This document shows, piece by piece, positions 17,966 through 28,678 of a stretch of 64,000 nucleotides of DNA. The notes under the pieces were generated by a model. The model made no database searches. It had not been told where the DNA came from and saw only the letters and a list, made by a program, of their open reading frames with translations. Every line of letters begins with the position of its first letter. The first letter of the stretch is position 1. The DNA comes from an uncultured Acidobacteriota bacterium (GTDB taxonomy: Bacteria; Acidobacteriota; Terriglobia; Terriglobales; Acidobacteriaceae). The position numbers and the translations under genes are program-made. The stretch spans positions 5,901 to 69,900 of the forward strand of contig CAVSNS010000022.1 of the NCBI GenBank assembly GCA_963729325.1, in the 5' to 3' direction.

Positions 17966-18739
17966 CTACGACCCTGCCAAGCCCCCACCGTCTACGACGA
18001 GCGCAGTGCCGGTCACGAACGACGCTGCATCACTTGCCAAGTACAGCGCTGCCTGCGCAACCTCCTCCGGCTTGCCTACGCGGCCTAGAGGACGCTGGGT
18101 GGATTCTTCGAGAAAGCGCTCGATCGATTCTCCCAGTTGCTGGGCTTCGTCGCGCAGCATCGTGGTATCGGTGTCCCCGGGGCAGATGCAGTTTACGCGA
18201 ATGCTAGACGGGCCGTGGTCTATGGCCATGGCTTTAGTGAGCAACACCACTGCGCCTTTAGACGCGCAGTACACCGCCGCCTTCGGGCCGGCAACAAGTC
18301 CCCAGCCTGATGCCATATTGATGATGGAACCTCCGCCGGCCTTCTCCATGATTGGGATAACTTGGCGCGACATCAGAAAAATGGATTTTACATTGACGGC
18401 CATCACCCGGTCCCAGTCTGCTTCGCTGAGCTCGACAACGGAGGCGCGCCGGATGATCCCCGCATTGTTGAAGAGAACGTGAATCCCGCCCAGTTCTCGC
18501 GATGTATTTGCCACTACGCGCTCACAAGCGGCAAGTTTTGTAACATCGGCGGTCTGAAAGAAACCCCGACCTCCATTCTGTACGATCTCCTGGACGACCG
18601 CGTCTCCCGCCTGCTGATTCAGGTCCGCGATTGCGACCGACGCACCTTCCTGGGCAAAAAGCAGCGCCGTTGCCCGTCCTATGCCGGAAGCGCCGCCGGT
18701 GATGAGCGCGACCTTACCGTTAAGCTGTCCTCCACTCAC
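17966..18739 (-). CDS. short-chain dehydrogenase/reductase (SDR)
   Basis: TGGASGIG, NNAG and YCASKGA motifs. Paralogue of the neighbouring SDR genes. Confidence 0.85.
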   Translation of the reverse strand: MSGGQLNGKVALITGGASGIGRATALLFAQEGASVAIADLNQQAGDAVVQEIVQNGGRGFFQTADVTKLAACERVVANTSRELGGIHVLFNNAGIIRRASVVELSEADWDRVMAVNVKSIFLMSRQVIPIMEKAGGGSIINMASGWGLVAGPKAAVYCASKGAVVLLTKAMAIDHGPSSIRVNCICPGDTDTTMLRDEAQQLGESIERFLEESTQRPLGRVGKPEEVAQAALYLASDAASFVTGTALVVDGGGLAGS

Positions 18740-19488
18740 CGGCTGGCCAGCCCTCCTGCGGTCTCCGCACCGTCAATCGTATAGACCTGCCCCGTCATGT
18801 ACGCGGCGTCGTCAGACGCCAAGAACGCGAACAGGGCCGCGATCTCCTCAGGCTGGGCGTGGCGGCGGAGAGGAATCTTGCGATTTAGCTCTTCCAGCAT
18901 CTCGTCGGTATATTCGGCACGCTGCATGGGCGTTAGCACGTATCCCGGGGCGACTGCGCAGACTCGAACTTTGGGCGCGAGTTCCAGAGCCATGGACTTG
19001 GTCAGCTCGATGACTCCAGCTTTTGTGGCGTTGTAGTCGGCATAGTAGGGCTGGCCGACGAGGCCGTTAGTCGAGGCAGTCTGAAGAATCACTCCGCTGC
19101 CACGCTCCCACATATGCCTGGCGGCGGTCTGGGCCACATAGAAGACCCCAGTCAGATTTACGGCGATGACTTTGTCCCATTCCTGGGGCGTGATGTCCAG
19201 AAAGTTATGGCGGATGCTGATGCCGGCGTTATTCACTAGCACGTCTAGGCCGCCCATCATGCGGACAGCGTCGGCAAAAGCCGCCTCAACCTGCTTAAGG
19301 TTTGAGACGTCGGCATTTAGCGTACCGGCGAGCTTCGGCAAGTGCGTCTGGATCTGCTTGAGGCCCTGAACGTCGCGGTCAAGCACACATACGACCGAGC
19401 CTTCTTCCAGAAAGCGTGCCGCAGTCGCAGCCCCAATCCCGCTTGCTCCACCCGTGATCAGGACACGCTTGCCGGTGAGCCCTCGCAT
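18736..19488 (-). CDS. short-chain dehydrogenase/reductase (SDR)
   Basis: TGGASGIG, NNAG and YNATKAG motifs. It overlaps the next SDR by 4 nt. Confidence 0.85.
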   Translation of the reverse strand: MRGLTGKRVLITGGASGIGAATAARFLEEGSVVCVLDRDVQGLKQIQTHLPKLAGTLNADVSNLKQVEAAFADAVRMMGGLDVLVNNAGISIRHNFLDITPQEWDKVIAVNLTGVFYVAQTAARHMWERGSGVILQTASTNGLVGQPYYADYNATKAGVIELTKSMALELAPKVRVCAVAPGYVLTPMQRAEYTDEMLEELNRKIPLRRHAQPEEIAALFAFLASDDAAYMTGQVYTIDGAETAGGLASR

Positions 19489-19593
19489 TTGGTTTCCTTA
19501 AGACGACAAAATGGGAACTTAGAATAGACCGGCGGAGGTGATCCTGGCTAGGAGTTGAAAACCAGTTCTCGGTTCTCGGTTGCTAGTTCTCAA

Positions 19594-20748
19594 TTAGATG
19601 GGCTTGCCGCGAAAGAAGTAGACCAATTCGATGATCAGAATGATCACGACCATGAGTTCGAGCACGAAAGCTCGGCTCTGATTGAACTGATCCATCATGA
19701 AGCGGTAGAGGTCCTCGGCGGTTTGCAGTTTTTGGGTCACTAGGTCTTTATAGTCAGGGACACCGACTTTGGCCGCCGCCAGCTTGTACAGACGGGCGGA
19801 GAACATGTCACTGAGGAACTTGATGGCGTTGTCGGCGTGCTCGGTTAACTCGGTCACGTCCAGTAGAACGGTATGTAGCTTGGTGGCCGCACGTCCCAGG
19901 CGCCAACGGGACAGCATGCCAGTGCCTTTGTCGAAAGAATCGTACACACGTTCCAATTCGTGGGTCAGGAGTTCGTCGTAATGCCGGAATTCCAGCAACT
20001 GGGAATTCGCGTACTCCAATAACTGGATGGCGGTCTCCGCGCCGGCGTCAGTGTCATAGAGGAAGGCAGCATTCCAGCCGATCACGGCCAGGTCGTTAGG
20101 GTAATAAGAAATGCGTGACTGCAGAATTTCATTGCGCTCGCCGTCGGAAAGCTGAGCAGTTTCGCCACGCACAATCTGCGCGATACGCGCTCCTTGGGAG
20201 GCACACAGTTCGGCGGCGGAAGGCGAGCCAGTTATCTCGCGCACGTGGAAGATAAAGTAATCTTCGCTCAGCCAGTCCGGGTAGGGCTTGACCAGGGCAG
20301 GCGCCGCCCGCTCCAGCTTCTGGCGCGCAATGCGCGCCGCGTGGCGTTCGAAGTCCACATCTGACACCCAGCGGCTCCCCAGGAGCACCAGTGTGTCCCA
20401 GTCGCCTGAAAACGGCAGCTCGAAGACCACGCTGAGCACACCGTAGTCGTAATACTTGATCTGTCCCTGCAGTTGCTCGCCGCTTTCGAGCACCAGAGGC
20501 TCGATGGGTTCTACAACCGGGGGTCGCTGATAGCGGACGTAGCCGGGGGCCGGGTGCTTGAAGGTAGGCTGCTCCAGCGTCCGCGCCCCGAAGATTTGGC
20601 GCAACTGATCAAGCCGAATCTCCTCGCAGACGTCAAATTGGATAAGCACCAGGACCGAACCGTGGACCGACGCCTGAATGGCTGGTTCCGCCTTCGCCAC
20701 AGGCGAGACGTCGGTGACCATGAGCAAATTTTCGCTGTCCCGGATCAT
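19594..20748 (-). CDS. hypothetical protein with C-terminal TM helix
   Basis: 384-aa ORF. The terminal hydrophobic segment is LELMVVIILIIELVYFF. I could not assign a family with confidence. Confidence 0.45.
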   Translation of the reverse strand: MIRDSENLLMVTDVSPVAKAEPAIQASVHGSVLVLIQFDVCEEIRLDQLRQIFGARTLEQPTFKHPAPGYVRYQRPPVVEPIEPLVLESGEQLQGQIKYYDYGVLSVVFELPFSGDWDTLVLLGSRWVSDVDFERHAARIARQKLERAAPALVKPYPDWLSEDYFIFHVREITGSPSAAELCASQGARIAQIVRGETAQLSDGERNEILQSRISYYPNDLAVIGWNAAFLYDTDAGAETAIQLLEYANSQLLEFRHYDELLTHELERVYDSFDKGTGMLSRWRLGRAATKLHTVLLDVTELTEHADNAIKFLSDMFSARLYKLAAAKVGVPDYKDLVTQKLQTAEDLYRFMMDQFNQSRAFVLELMVVIILIIELVYFFRGKPI

Positions 20749-20873
20749 ATGAAAGTAAGGCCTAGGCCGAGGATGGGAGATTCCATCTCGGCCTCCCTAT
20801 TTTCCCAGAAATCAAGCCGCTCTGGGAGGCAATGCAGTAATAATAGCTAATGTATTTGTAATCAGCAGGTTGG

Positions 20874-23800
20874 CTATTCGCGATGGACGAGTGTCCACAA
20901 TATTGCCACAGCAGTCGCTACGCCCGTTAGCGCCAGACTGGTCTTTCTCATAGACTGCTTCACCTCCGCCTGCTGGTGTCGGACTCCGATGCGTTCGGGG
21001 TAAGCATTGTCAACGGGCACGGTATCTGCCCACATCGCCATCTGAACGACCTCCGCTAGGTGCAGGGCGTGGCGGTCAGTGCATTGAGCGATCTGCTCCC
21101 GGCAACTGAAGCCGTCAGCGATGATGAGGCAACCGGGCGAGGCTCTGCGAACGGCGGGTAGAAGCTCCAGTTCGCCAATCGCGACGGAGACGTCATATTT
21201 GTCTTCCTCAAAGCCAAAGGAACCTGCCATACCGCAACAGCCGGGTGCCGGCGCCTGATATTCAATGCCCATGCGCTTGAGGACCGCCTCTTCGTCACTC
21301 ATCTTCATGATCGATTTGTGATGGCAGTGGCCGTGGATCAGAGCCTTGCGGGCTAGTTGCGGCAATTCGAAATGCTTGGCCTTCTTTTCCAAAAACTCGC
21401 TGAGGAGAAACGTTTGCCGTGATAGGCCGCAGGCCCGAGCGTCATTGGGGAATAGATTTATTAGTTCGTCGCGAAAGACTGCAGCGCAACTTGGCTCCAG
21501 CACAACCATGGGGACCTCGCCTTCGATTTGCTCTGCAAGCGCATCCAAGATTTTCAGTAGCAAGGTCTTAGCACGGTCAAGCATGCCGAAATCGTACAAT
21601 GGACGCCCACAACACAGGCTTGCGGCTGGCAGCCGCACCTGAAAGCCGGCAGCTTCCAACACGTCTACTGCAGCCTTGGCTGTATCGGGCAGGAAATAGT
21701 TGTTGAATGTATCGGGCCACAACAGTACCGCGGATGCCCCAATATTCCGCGGGGGGCGGCGGGTGAACCAGTTGCGGAAGGTTTGCGGGGCAAAGGCCGG
21801 AATGTTTCTTTCCCGCGGCATGCCCACAACTAGCTTGGCAATGTCACGCAGGAATGGCAATTGCGTGGTCAGATTAGCCAAACCCGGCGCGTTCGACGCC
21901 AACCGCGCCCAGATATCGATGTTTGCGAACGCATAAGCACTGCGCGGACGTAGGCGGCCTTCGTAGTAATGAGACAGGAACTCGGCCTTATAGGTGGCCA
22001 CATCCACTCCGACGGGACAATCGCTCTTGCATCCCTTGCAGGAAAGGCAAAGGTCGAGCGAGTGCTTCACGTCTTCGTCTCGCCAGCCATCGCGGATCAC
22101 TTCGCCCTGGGTCATCTCCCACAGCAGGTGGGCGCGTCCTCGGGTGGAGTGCTCCTCTTCCTGCGTTACTCGGAAGCTTGGACACATGACGCCGCCCTCG
22201 TCGTGACGGCACTTCCCCACTCCCACGCAGCGGAGCGTGGCTTGCGCCAGGCTGCCGCGATCTTCCGGGAGTTGAAAATGGGTTTCCGGCTCCCAAGGGT
22301 GGTAGCCGGCACCCAGACGCAGGTTCTCATCCAACTTGTTAGGTTCGACCACCTTGCCGGGATTCATCCTCCAATCGGGGTCCCACAGCGCCTTGAACTC
22401 ACGGAAAGCCTGCACCAGTTCAGGGCCGAACATCTTGGGAAGCAGCTCACCGCGTGCCTGCCCATCTCCATGTTCGCCGGAAAGCGAACCTCCGTAACTC
22501 ACGACTAGATCCGCGGCCTCCTCGACGAACTTTCGATATTTCGCGATACCCTCGCTGGTGAGCAAATCAAAGTTGGTGCGGTTATGCACGCAGCCGTGGC
22601 CGAAATGGCCGTAGAGGCTCCCCCCGTAGCCATAGCTGTTCATCAACTTACGCAGATCGCGCAGGTAACGGCCTAGTTTCTCTGGTGCGACCGCGGAATC
22701 TTCCCAGCCTTCCCAGTTCGGCGCCTCCCCGGGGACGTGAGAAATTACACCGAGGCTGGATTCCCGCACTTCCCACACCCGCTTGATTTGCTGCTTGTCG
22801 GTGAAAAGGTGCATCTGTGGAGGATTTGGGCCTCGGCTCAGCGCTGCCACCAACCCGAGCGCCTGGGCTTCAGCTTCCTGCCCCGTGTTCGCGCCGAACT
22901 CGGCAAAGAGCCAGCCCCCGCCTTGGGGCAGGAGAGCTAACCCCTCGGAGTTGATGCCCCTGCGCCGGGTGTACTCGACCAGCAGGTCGTCCACTCCTTC
23001 CAGGCCGATTGGTTTATGGGCCATCACGTCGGGCACGTGGTCGGCACACTGGTAAATGTCGGGATACGCGATCAGCAGTAGCACACGTTCCGGCGGGCTC
23101 TCCACCAAACGGCATGTGGCCTCCAACACCGTCACACATGTTCCTTCCGAGCCTACTAGCGCTCGCGCGACGTGGAAGCCGTTCTCGGACAGCAGGTAAT
23201 TCAGGTTGTATCCGGAAACCCGGCGCGGAATGTTGGGATAGCGCTGGCGGACAAGTTCAGAATACTTATCCCGTAGGCTCTTCAGGCCAGCATAGATTGC
23301 TCCGCGCCGGTCGCCTTCACTAACGATTTTTTCTAACTCTGTATCGCTGGTTTGTCCTACTTTCATGCGCAGACCGTCATAGGTAAGAATTTCCAGCGCT
23401 TCGATGTTGTCGTCGGTCTTCCCCGCCATGACGGAATGCACCCCGCAGGAGTTATTACCAATCATTCCGCCGAGCGTGCAGCGATCGTGGGTGGCGGGAT
23501 CGGGACCGAACGTTAAATGATGTCTCTCAGCCGCGTTGCGGAGATGATCTAGAACCACGCCAGGTTGAACCCGGGCGATGCGGCGGGCTGGATCAATCTC
23601 CAGAATCTTCGACATGTATCGGGAGAAGTCCAGAATGACGGCCACGTTGCAGCATTGGCCAGCAAGGGATGTCCCACCGCCTCGGCACAGGATAGGAGCG
23701 CCGTATTTACAGGCAAGCGAAACCGTGGCGACGACGTCATCAGCATCTCGAGGAAGGACCACCCCGATGGGAACCTGACGATAGTTAGATCCGTCGGTTG

Positions 23801-23993
23801 CGTAGAGAGCGCGGGTGCTGCGATCGAAGCGGACCCCGCCGCGAACGTGGCGGCGCAGATCGGCCGCCAGAGCCTGGGCATCCACGTGGAGTCGCTGACC
23901 AGAGTGTCTACCGGCAACGAAGTCTGGTTGTCCAGGAAGGATTGGCGGTAGCTCGTCTGACATCTCTGCCCTCGATCTTATATGTTCAAGCAA
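20874..23993 (-). CDS. FAD-binding + Fe-S (CCG) fusion oxidoreductase, YdiJ / D-2-hydroxyacid dehydrogenase-like
   Basis: 1039 aa. A PCMH-type FAD domain (GGGTSLAGQ) precedes a ferredoxin-type CLSCKGCKSDCP motif. Cys-rich GlcF-like repeats fill the C-terminus. Confidence 0.8.
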   Translation of the reverse strand: MLEHIRSRAEMSDELPPILPGQPDFVAGRHSGQRLHVDAQALAADLRRHVRGGVRFDRSTRALYATDGSNYRQVPIGVVLPRDADDVVATVSLACKYGAPILCRGGGTSLAGQCCNVAVILDFSRYMSKILEIDPARRIARVQPGVVLDHLRNAAERHHLTFGPDPATHDRCTLGGMIGNNSCGVHSVMAGKTDDNIEALEILTYDGLRMKVGQTSDTELEKIVSEGDRRGAIYAGLKSLRDKYSELVRQRYPNIPRRVSGYNLNYLLSENGFHVARALVGSEGTCVTVLEATCRLVESPPERVLLLIAYPDIYQCADHVPDVMAHKPIGLEGVDDLLVEYTRRRGINSEGLALLPQGGGWLFAEFGANTGQEAEAQALGLVAALSRGPNPPQMHLFTDKQQIKRVWEVRESSLGVISHVPGEAPNWEGWEDSAVAPEKLGRYLRDLRKLMNSYGYGGSLYGHFGHGCVHNRTNFDLLTSEGIAKYRKFVEEAADLVVSYGGSLSGEHGDGQARGELLPKMFGPELVQAFREFKALWDPDWRMNPGKVVEPNKLDENLRLGAGYHPWEPETHFQLPEDRGSLAQATLRCVGVGKCRHDEGGVMCPSFRVTQEEEHSTRGRAHLLWEMTQGEVIRDGWRDEDVKHSLDLCLSCKGCKSDCPVGVDVATYKAEFLSHYYEGRLRPRSAYAFANIDIWARLASNAPGLANLTTQLPFLRDIAKLVVGMPRERNIPAFAPQTFRNWFTRRPPRNIGASAVLLWPDTFNNYFLPDTAKAAVDVLEAAGFQVRLPAASLCCGRPLYDFGMLDRAKTLLLKILDALAEQIEGEVPMVVLEPSCAAVFRDELINLFPNDARACGLSRQTFLLSEFLEKKAKHFELPQLARKALIHGHCHHKSIMKMSDEEAVLKRMGIEYQAPAPGCCGMAGSFGFEEDKYDVSVAIGELELLPAVRRASPGCLIIADGFSCREQIAQCTDRHALHLAEVVQMAMWADTVPVDNAYPERIGVRHQQAEVKQSMRKTSLALTGVATAVAILWTLVHRE

Positions 23994-24038
23994 AGACGGC
24001 AGCGCTGCAAGGTATACACATTAAAGAGGGTTAGAGCC

Positions 24039-24335
24039 TCAGCTCCAAAGCCGCGTCACGTAGTCGGCCATACTCAGCGTCAGGAGAAGCAGAAGCCAGA
24101 AGACAGCTGCGACCACCACCATTTTGCTGAGTTTCTCACTGGCATATTTTACGTGCATGAAAAATAAGACCACCAGCAGGGCTTTGAACGTTGCTATTAC
24201 GAGAGCGACGACAGTATTCAGCGGCCCCAGGTCGATGAAGGACACGCCAGCGGTGATAACGGTCAGGCAAAGCAGCGTGATCCAGATGCCAAGATAAAGC
24301 TTGCTCGAAACGATGGGTTCAGACATGGCGCTCAC
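24039..24335 (-). CDS. ctaF: cytochrome c oxidase subunit IV (bacterial caa3-type)
   Basis: 98 aa with three hydrophobic helices. It lies immediately downstream of subunit III. Confidence 0.65.
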   Translation of the reverse strand: MSAMSEPIVSSKLYLGIWITLLCLTVITAGVSFIDLGPLNTVVALVIATFKALLVVLFFMHVKYASEKLSKMVVVAAVFWLLLLLTLSMADYVTRLWS

Positions 24336-24991
24336 TTTAGCGGTTTTCGATCGATCAGGTATAGCAACGGAAAAAGATAAATCCAGATAATGTCGACAAA
24401 GTGCCAGTACAGTCCGCCAATTTCAACTGGGTTGTGATACTCCGGCGTGTAGCGGCCCTTCCATGCGTAGTAAGTCAGAAATATAAAAATGCCCACCCCA
24501 ATGATCATGTGCAAGGCGTGCAGGCCGGTCATGGCGAAGTAAAGGGAGAAGAAAATCTGTTCGTGTGAGGGGTCAATCCTGATCTGCGGATATTCCCTTA
24601 TCAGATCGTCCGCACTAAAGGAGGACCCGGGGATGTGGTGCTCCTGAAACTTCGTATACCACTCCACGCCTTTAATTCCCAGAAATGCCAGTCCGAAAAC
24701 AATCGTCAGCAATAAAAGAATGACTAACAACTTTCGTTTGCCCATCTGCGCCGCCCTTACGCCAAGCGCGACGGTCAAACTGCTGCAAATCAATACCGCG
24801 GTGTTGATCGTGCCCAACCAGATATCGAGGCTGCGGCTGCCGGCGGCAAACTCATTGAAGTACCAGTAGCGATAGATGAGGTAGGCGCAAAACATCCCAC
24901 CGAAAAACATGACTTCGGTCGCCAGGAAGACCCACATGCCGAGCGAGGAAGCCTGACGCTGCTGCTCCATGTCGGCGAAGTGGTGCCGCAA
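24332..24991 (-). CDS. ctaE: cytochrome c oxidase subunit III
   Basis: HHFADMEQQRQASSLGMWVFLATEVMFFGG is a typical subunit III N-terminus. The start is uncertain (TTG at 24991 or ATG at 24970). The ORF-track extension to 25177 overlaps ctaD and is rejected. Confidence 0.8.
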   Translation of the reverse strand: MRHHFADMEQQRQASSLGMWVFLATEVMFFGGMFCAYLIYRYWYFNEFAAGSRSLDIWLGTINTAVLICSSLTVALGVRAAQMGKRKLLVILLLLTIVFGLAFLGIKGVEWYTKFQEHHIPGSSFSADDLIREYPQIRIDPSHEQIFFSLYFAMTGLHALHMIIGVGIFIFLTYYAWKGRYTPEYHNPVEIGGLYWHFVDIIWIYLFPLLYLIDRKPLK

Positions 24992-25022
24992 TGCAGGATT
25001 ATGTTGTTCAACGGCAATCGGG

Positions 25023-26657
25023 CTATGGCTCAACCGACGCCTCCTCGGGAGCTGGGATATGCGCGTAGTCGTAAGCTTCCCATGTGACCTCTGGAGTCCG
25101 CTCGAAATTGAACGTGGGCGGAGGCGAAGTGGTCGTCCACTCCAAGCCTGAAGCGCCCCAGGGATTGTCCTCCGCAATTTTCCCGTAGCGCATGGACCAC
25201 AAAAAATAAACCATGGGCAGGAGGTACCCGACCGCCAAAATGGTTGAGCCCGCCGTCGAAAGCACGTTCAGCACCTGAAACTCCGGCGGATATTGCCAGT
25301 AGCGGCGCGGCATTCCGAGGTATCCGAGAATGAACTGTGGAAAGAATGTGAGATTGAAGCCGATGAATACGATCATAGCCGCCAGTTTGCCCCAGAACTC
25401 GGGATACATGCGGCCGGAAATCTTGGGCCACCAGAAATGCATTCCGCCCAGATAGCCCATGACCGCGCCGCCCACCATGATGTAGTGGAAATGGGCAATC
25501 ACGAAATAAGTGTCGGTAACGTGAACATCAATGCCCAGCGCCGCCAGGAATAGTCCGGTCAGTCCTCCCATAGTGAACAGGCCGATGAATCCGAAGGCAT
25601 ACAGCATGGGGGTGGAAAACGAAATCGAGCCCTTGTACATGGTCGCGGTCCAGTTGAACACCTTGATGGCCGAGGGCACCGCAACCAGGTAGCTGAGGAT
25701 GGAGAAAATCAGTGCCGAATAGAGAGAGATTCCGGCCACGAACATATGGTGCGCCCAAACCAGAAAACCAAACACCGCAATCGCGATACTCGACATGGCG
25801 ACAAACTTGTATCCGAAGATGCGTTTGCGCGAGAAGCAGGGTACGATCTCCGTGACTACGCCCATGGCGGGCAGGATCATGATGTAAACCGCGGGATGGG
25901 AGTAGAACCAGAACAGATGCTGAAATAACAACGGATCGCCACCACGCGTTGGGTCGAAAATTCCCAGATGCAACGCCCGTTCCAATACAACCAGGAGCAA
26001 TGTCACGGCGAGCACTGGCGTGCCCAATAGCTGAATGATGCTGGTGGCATAGTGGGCCCAGATGAACAGTGGCAAGCGGGACCAGGTCATCCCGGGGGCC
26101 CGCATGCGGTGAATCGTCACCACGAAATTCAGCCCGGTCAGGATCGATGAAAATCCCGAGACAAAGATGGCAAGTCCCGCTTCAACCACCTTGGTATTGC
26201 TGAACGCAGTGCTGAAGGGCGTGTAGAACGTCCAGCCGGTGTCCGCTCCCCCAGTCAAAATGCAATGCAGCATCATGACACCGGCAATGATGTAGAGATA
26301 CCAGCTCAGCAAATTGATGCGAGGGAAGGCGAGGTCGCGGGCGCCGATCATCAGCGGCACCAGGAAATTTCCCAACACAGCGGGGATAGATGGGATCAGG
26401 AAGAAGAACACCATGACCTGTCCATGCATGGTGAACAGCTTGTTGTAGGTGTCCGCCTGCACCAGATCTCCCGCCGGGGTCAAAAGTTCCAGCCGGATCA
26501 GTAGTGCAAAGAAGCCTCCGATAAAGAAGAAGAAGGTGATCGACAGCAGGTAAAGCAGCGCAATGCGCTTGTGGTCTGTGGTCAGCAGCCACGACCTGAT
26601 GCCGTACTCCCGATTGAGGTAGTTCTCGCGTTCGGCGGTGATTGCAGCGGTAGCCAT
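25023..26657 (-). CDS. ctaD: cytochrome c oxidase subunit I
   Basis: 544 aa. [18 protein letters not shown] and HFHYIM heme/CuB ligand regions are present. Confidence 0.95.
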   Translation of the reverse strand: MATAAITAERENYLNREYGIRSWLLTTDHKRIALLYLLSITFFFFIGGFFALLIRLELLTPAGDLVQADTYNKLFTMHGQVMVFFFLIPSIPAVLGNFLVPLMIGARDLAFPRINLLSWYLYIIAGVMMLHCILTGGADTGWTFYTPFSTAFSNTKVVEAGLAIFVSGFSSILTGLNFVVTIHRMRAPGMTWSRLPLFIWAHYATSIIQLLGTPVLAVTLLLVVLERALHLGIFDPTRGGDPLLFQHLFWFYSHPAVYIMILPAMGVVTEIVPCFSRKRIFGYKFVAMSSIAIAVFGFLVWAHHMFVAGISLYSALIFSILSYLVAVPSAIKVFNWTATMYKGSISFSTPMLYAFGFIGLFTMGGLTGLFLAALGIDVHVTDTYFVIAHFHYIMVGGAVMGYLGGMHFWWPKISGRMYPEFWGKLAAMIVFIGFNLTFFPQFILGYLGMPRRYWQYPPEFQVLNVLSTAGSTILAVGYLLPMVYFLWSMRYGKIAEDNPWGASGLEWTTTSPPPTFNFERTPEVTWEAYDYAHIPAPEEASVEP

Positions 26658-26659
26658 TG

Positions 26660-27655
26660 CTATTGCACCTTTGGTTCCTGCGACTTCGTACTGGGCACCA
26701 GCGAAGGAGTGCCAGCCGAGCCCGATGGAGGCTGGTTGAGCGACTTAATGTATGCAACCAGCGCACTCAACTGCTCTTCACTGACCAGTCCCTGAAATAC
26801 CGGCATAATGGGCTTGAATCCGGAGACAACTTTGGCCGCGGGGCTCAAAATGGACTCGCGAATATAGTTTTCATCGGCGATCACGGTCCGACCGTCTTCC
26901 AGTTGCACCCGCTTGCCAAAGAGTCCCACCAGATTCGGGCCGCGACCCTGGGTGTCGGACCGGTGACAAGTGGAGCAGCCAAGCTGCTGAAAGATGCTCT
27001 CTCCATTAGAGGCCAGCGATCCCATGGCTCCGCCTCCACCCATCCAGGCTTCGTACTGCGCCGGCTCCATCACCACGACTTGTCCAATCATGCCGGAGTG
27101 CATGGTGCCGCAATATTCCGCGCAAAACAGGTGATAGGTGCCGGCCTTAGTAGCATGAAACCACGCAGTGGTGTAGCGGCCAGGAAGGACATCCTGCTTG
27201 ATGCGGAAAGCGGGAACGTAGAAGCTGTGGATCACGTCCTGCGAAGTCATGATCATCTTTACATCGCGGCCTACGGGCACATGCAGTTCGTTAATCTCAC
27301 GCGGACCCTCTTCGTGCTGCAGCTTCCACATCCATTGCTTAGCTACGACATAAATTTCTGTAGCGCCCCGAGGCGGGGTGCGCTCGTTGAAATAGATGAC
27401 AGCGCCCCAGACAAAAATGACCATGAAAATGCAGAGGGGAATCACTGACCAGGTCAATTCCAAGGGAGTAGAACCCTCAATCTGCTCAGCGTTGATACCT
27501 TTGCGACGACGGAATCGGGTCGCAAATATCAAAATCATGACGAAGATCGATACGCTCACGAAAGCGCCGAGCGCCACGAGAAAAATGTAGAGCGCGTCGA
27601 CGCTTCCGGCGGTGGTGGAGGCCCTGACAGGCCAAAGTGGAAAAGTGTCGTGCAT
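26660..27655 (-). CDS. ctaC: cytochrome c oxidase subunit II with fused C-terminal cytochrome c (caa3-type)
   Basis: The CuA site is [12 protein letters not shown]. The heme c motif is CSTCH. Confidence 0.9.
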   Translation of the reverse strand: MHDTFPLWPVRASTTAGSVDALYIFLVALGAFVSVSIFVMILIFATRFRRRKGINAEQIEGSTPLELTWSVIPLCIFMVIFVWGAVIYFNERTPPRGATEIYVVAKQWMWKLQHEEGPREINELHVPVGRDVKMIMTSQDVIHSFYVPAFRIKQDVLPGRYTTAWFHATKAGTYHLFCAEYCGTMHSGMIGQVVVMEPAQYEAWMGGGGAMGSLASNGESIFQQLGCSTCHRSDTQGRGPNLVGLFGKRVQLEDGRTVIADENYIRESILSPAAKVVSGFKPIMPVFQGLVSEEQLSALVAYIKSLNQPPSGSAGTPSLVPSTKSQEPKVQ

Positions 27656-28617
27656 GAAATTATGTGACTCGATGCGCTCCTTGACCGCTCAGCGCTGATC
27701 CTCGTCGAAACAGCACGGCGATCAGAATGCTCAAGAACCAAAATTGTCGCGGCGGCGGATATTTGCAGCACCCGCGAAATGATCGCACCGTATTTGCCGG
27801 TTGCCGGATCGTAGTGATAGCAGTACAGCAACACCTGGTCCACCACGGTACCGATTTTGTTTTCTGAAGCTTGGACCAATGCAAGCCGCAAGTCTTTGGG
27901 CGCGTACTCGACTCCGTAGAAGTACTGCGCAATTTTGCCTTCCGGAGTTAACACCATGATGGCGGTGGCGTGAGCGAACTGGCCGGTCCTGGCATCGTAC
28001 TGATATTGGAAGCCTGCGGCTCTGGTGAGAGCATCGATCGATTCTTGTGGCCCGGTGAGAAAATGCCAGCCGGCAGCGGCACCGGAGCGTCCGTAGCGCT
28101 TGAGGTATTCAGCCTTCTTGGCGGATGCCATTTCCGAAGTCTCGTGGGGATCGAAGCTAACAGTGAGGACATCGAATTCTTTGCCCACGTCGAATTTCAA
28201 TACCCGTAACGCACTCTCCAAACCGCTCAAGACTTCCCCACATAGCATTGGGCATTGGTAGTAGACCAAGTTGAGGATCATCGGTCTCTTGCCGAAATAA
28301 TCGCCTAGGCGAACCGCCCTGCCAGTTTCATCGCGAAACGTGAGATTAGGAGGAATCTGCTCATCCAAGTGCTGCTCGATACCGACGTTCTGCAAACCCG
28401 GTGGCCGCACATTTGACGGAGGCGACATGATGCCCCGCGTCATGCCCTGGCCCCAGGCTGAGGCGGCAAGTAGCAAGACAGTTGCCGGCAAGAGCCATTT
28501 CGAGTTTTTCGTCGTTGTGGTACTCCGCATCAGTTTAAGCGCCTCAGTGGCTAAAGCCGATCCGGTTCGATTTTCTTTGCGGCACGACTGAAGTCGTGCC
28601 CTCCCAAAGCTCGGCAA
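27556..28617 (-). CDS. SCO1/SenC copper chaperone; 3' end probably frameshifted
   Basis: The thioredoxin-fold CPMLC (CxxxC) motif is present. The tail of this ORF overlaps ctaC by 100 nt. The alternative frame (27660..27932) carries a TM-like FWFLSILIAVLF and stops 4 nt before the ctaC start. Confidence 0.7.
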   Translation of the reverse strand: MPSFGRARLQSCRKENRTGSALATEALKLMRSTTTTKNSKWLLPATVLLLAASAWGQGMTRGIMSPPSNVRPPGLQNVGIEQHLDEQIPPNLTFRDETGRAVRLGDYFGKRPMILNLVYYQCPMLCGEVLSGLESALRVLKFDVGKEFDVLTVSFDPHETSEMASAKKAEYLKRYGRSGAAAGWHFLTGPQESIDALTRAAGFQYQYDARTGQFAHATAIMVLTPEGKIAQYFYGVEYAPKDLRLALVQASENKIGTVVDQVLLYCYHYDPATGKYGAIISRVLQISAAATILVLEHSDRRAVSTRISAERSRSASSHIISCTTLFHFGLSGPPPPPEASTRSTFFSWRSALS

Positions 28618-28678
28618 TCTTTAAGGTCGTGCCCTTTCCAAACTACCCTGACTTTGAGCTCGTGTTACAGCGTCCACC

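Noticed and set aside
19555-19593. GTTCTCG GTTCTCG GTTGCTA GTTCTC short tandem motif between the SDR operon and the 384-aa gene
   Set aside because: It is very short and degenerate, and nothing suggests a function.
24992-25177. N-terminal extension of the subunit III ORF
   Set aside because: It overlaps the 3' end of ctaD and is Arg-rich. The conserved subunit III sequence starts at HHFADMEQQ.
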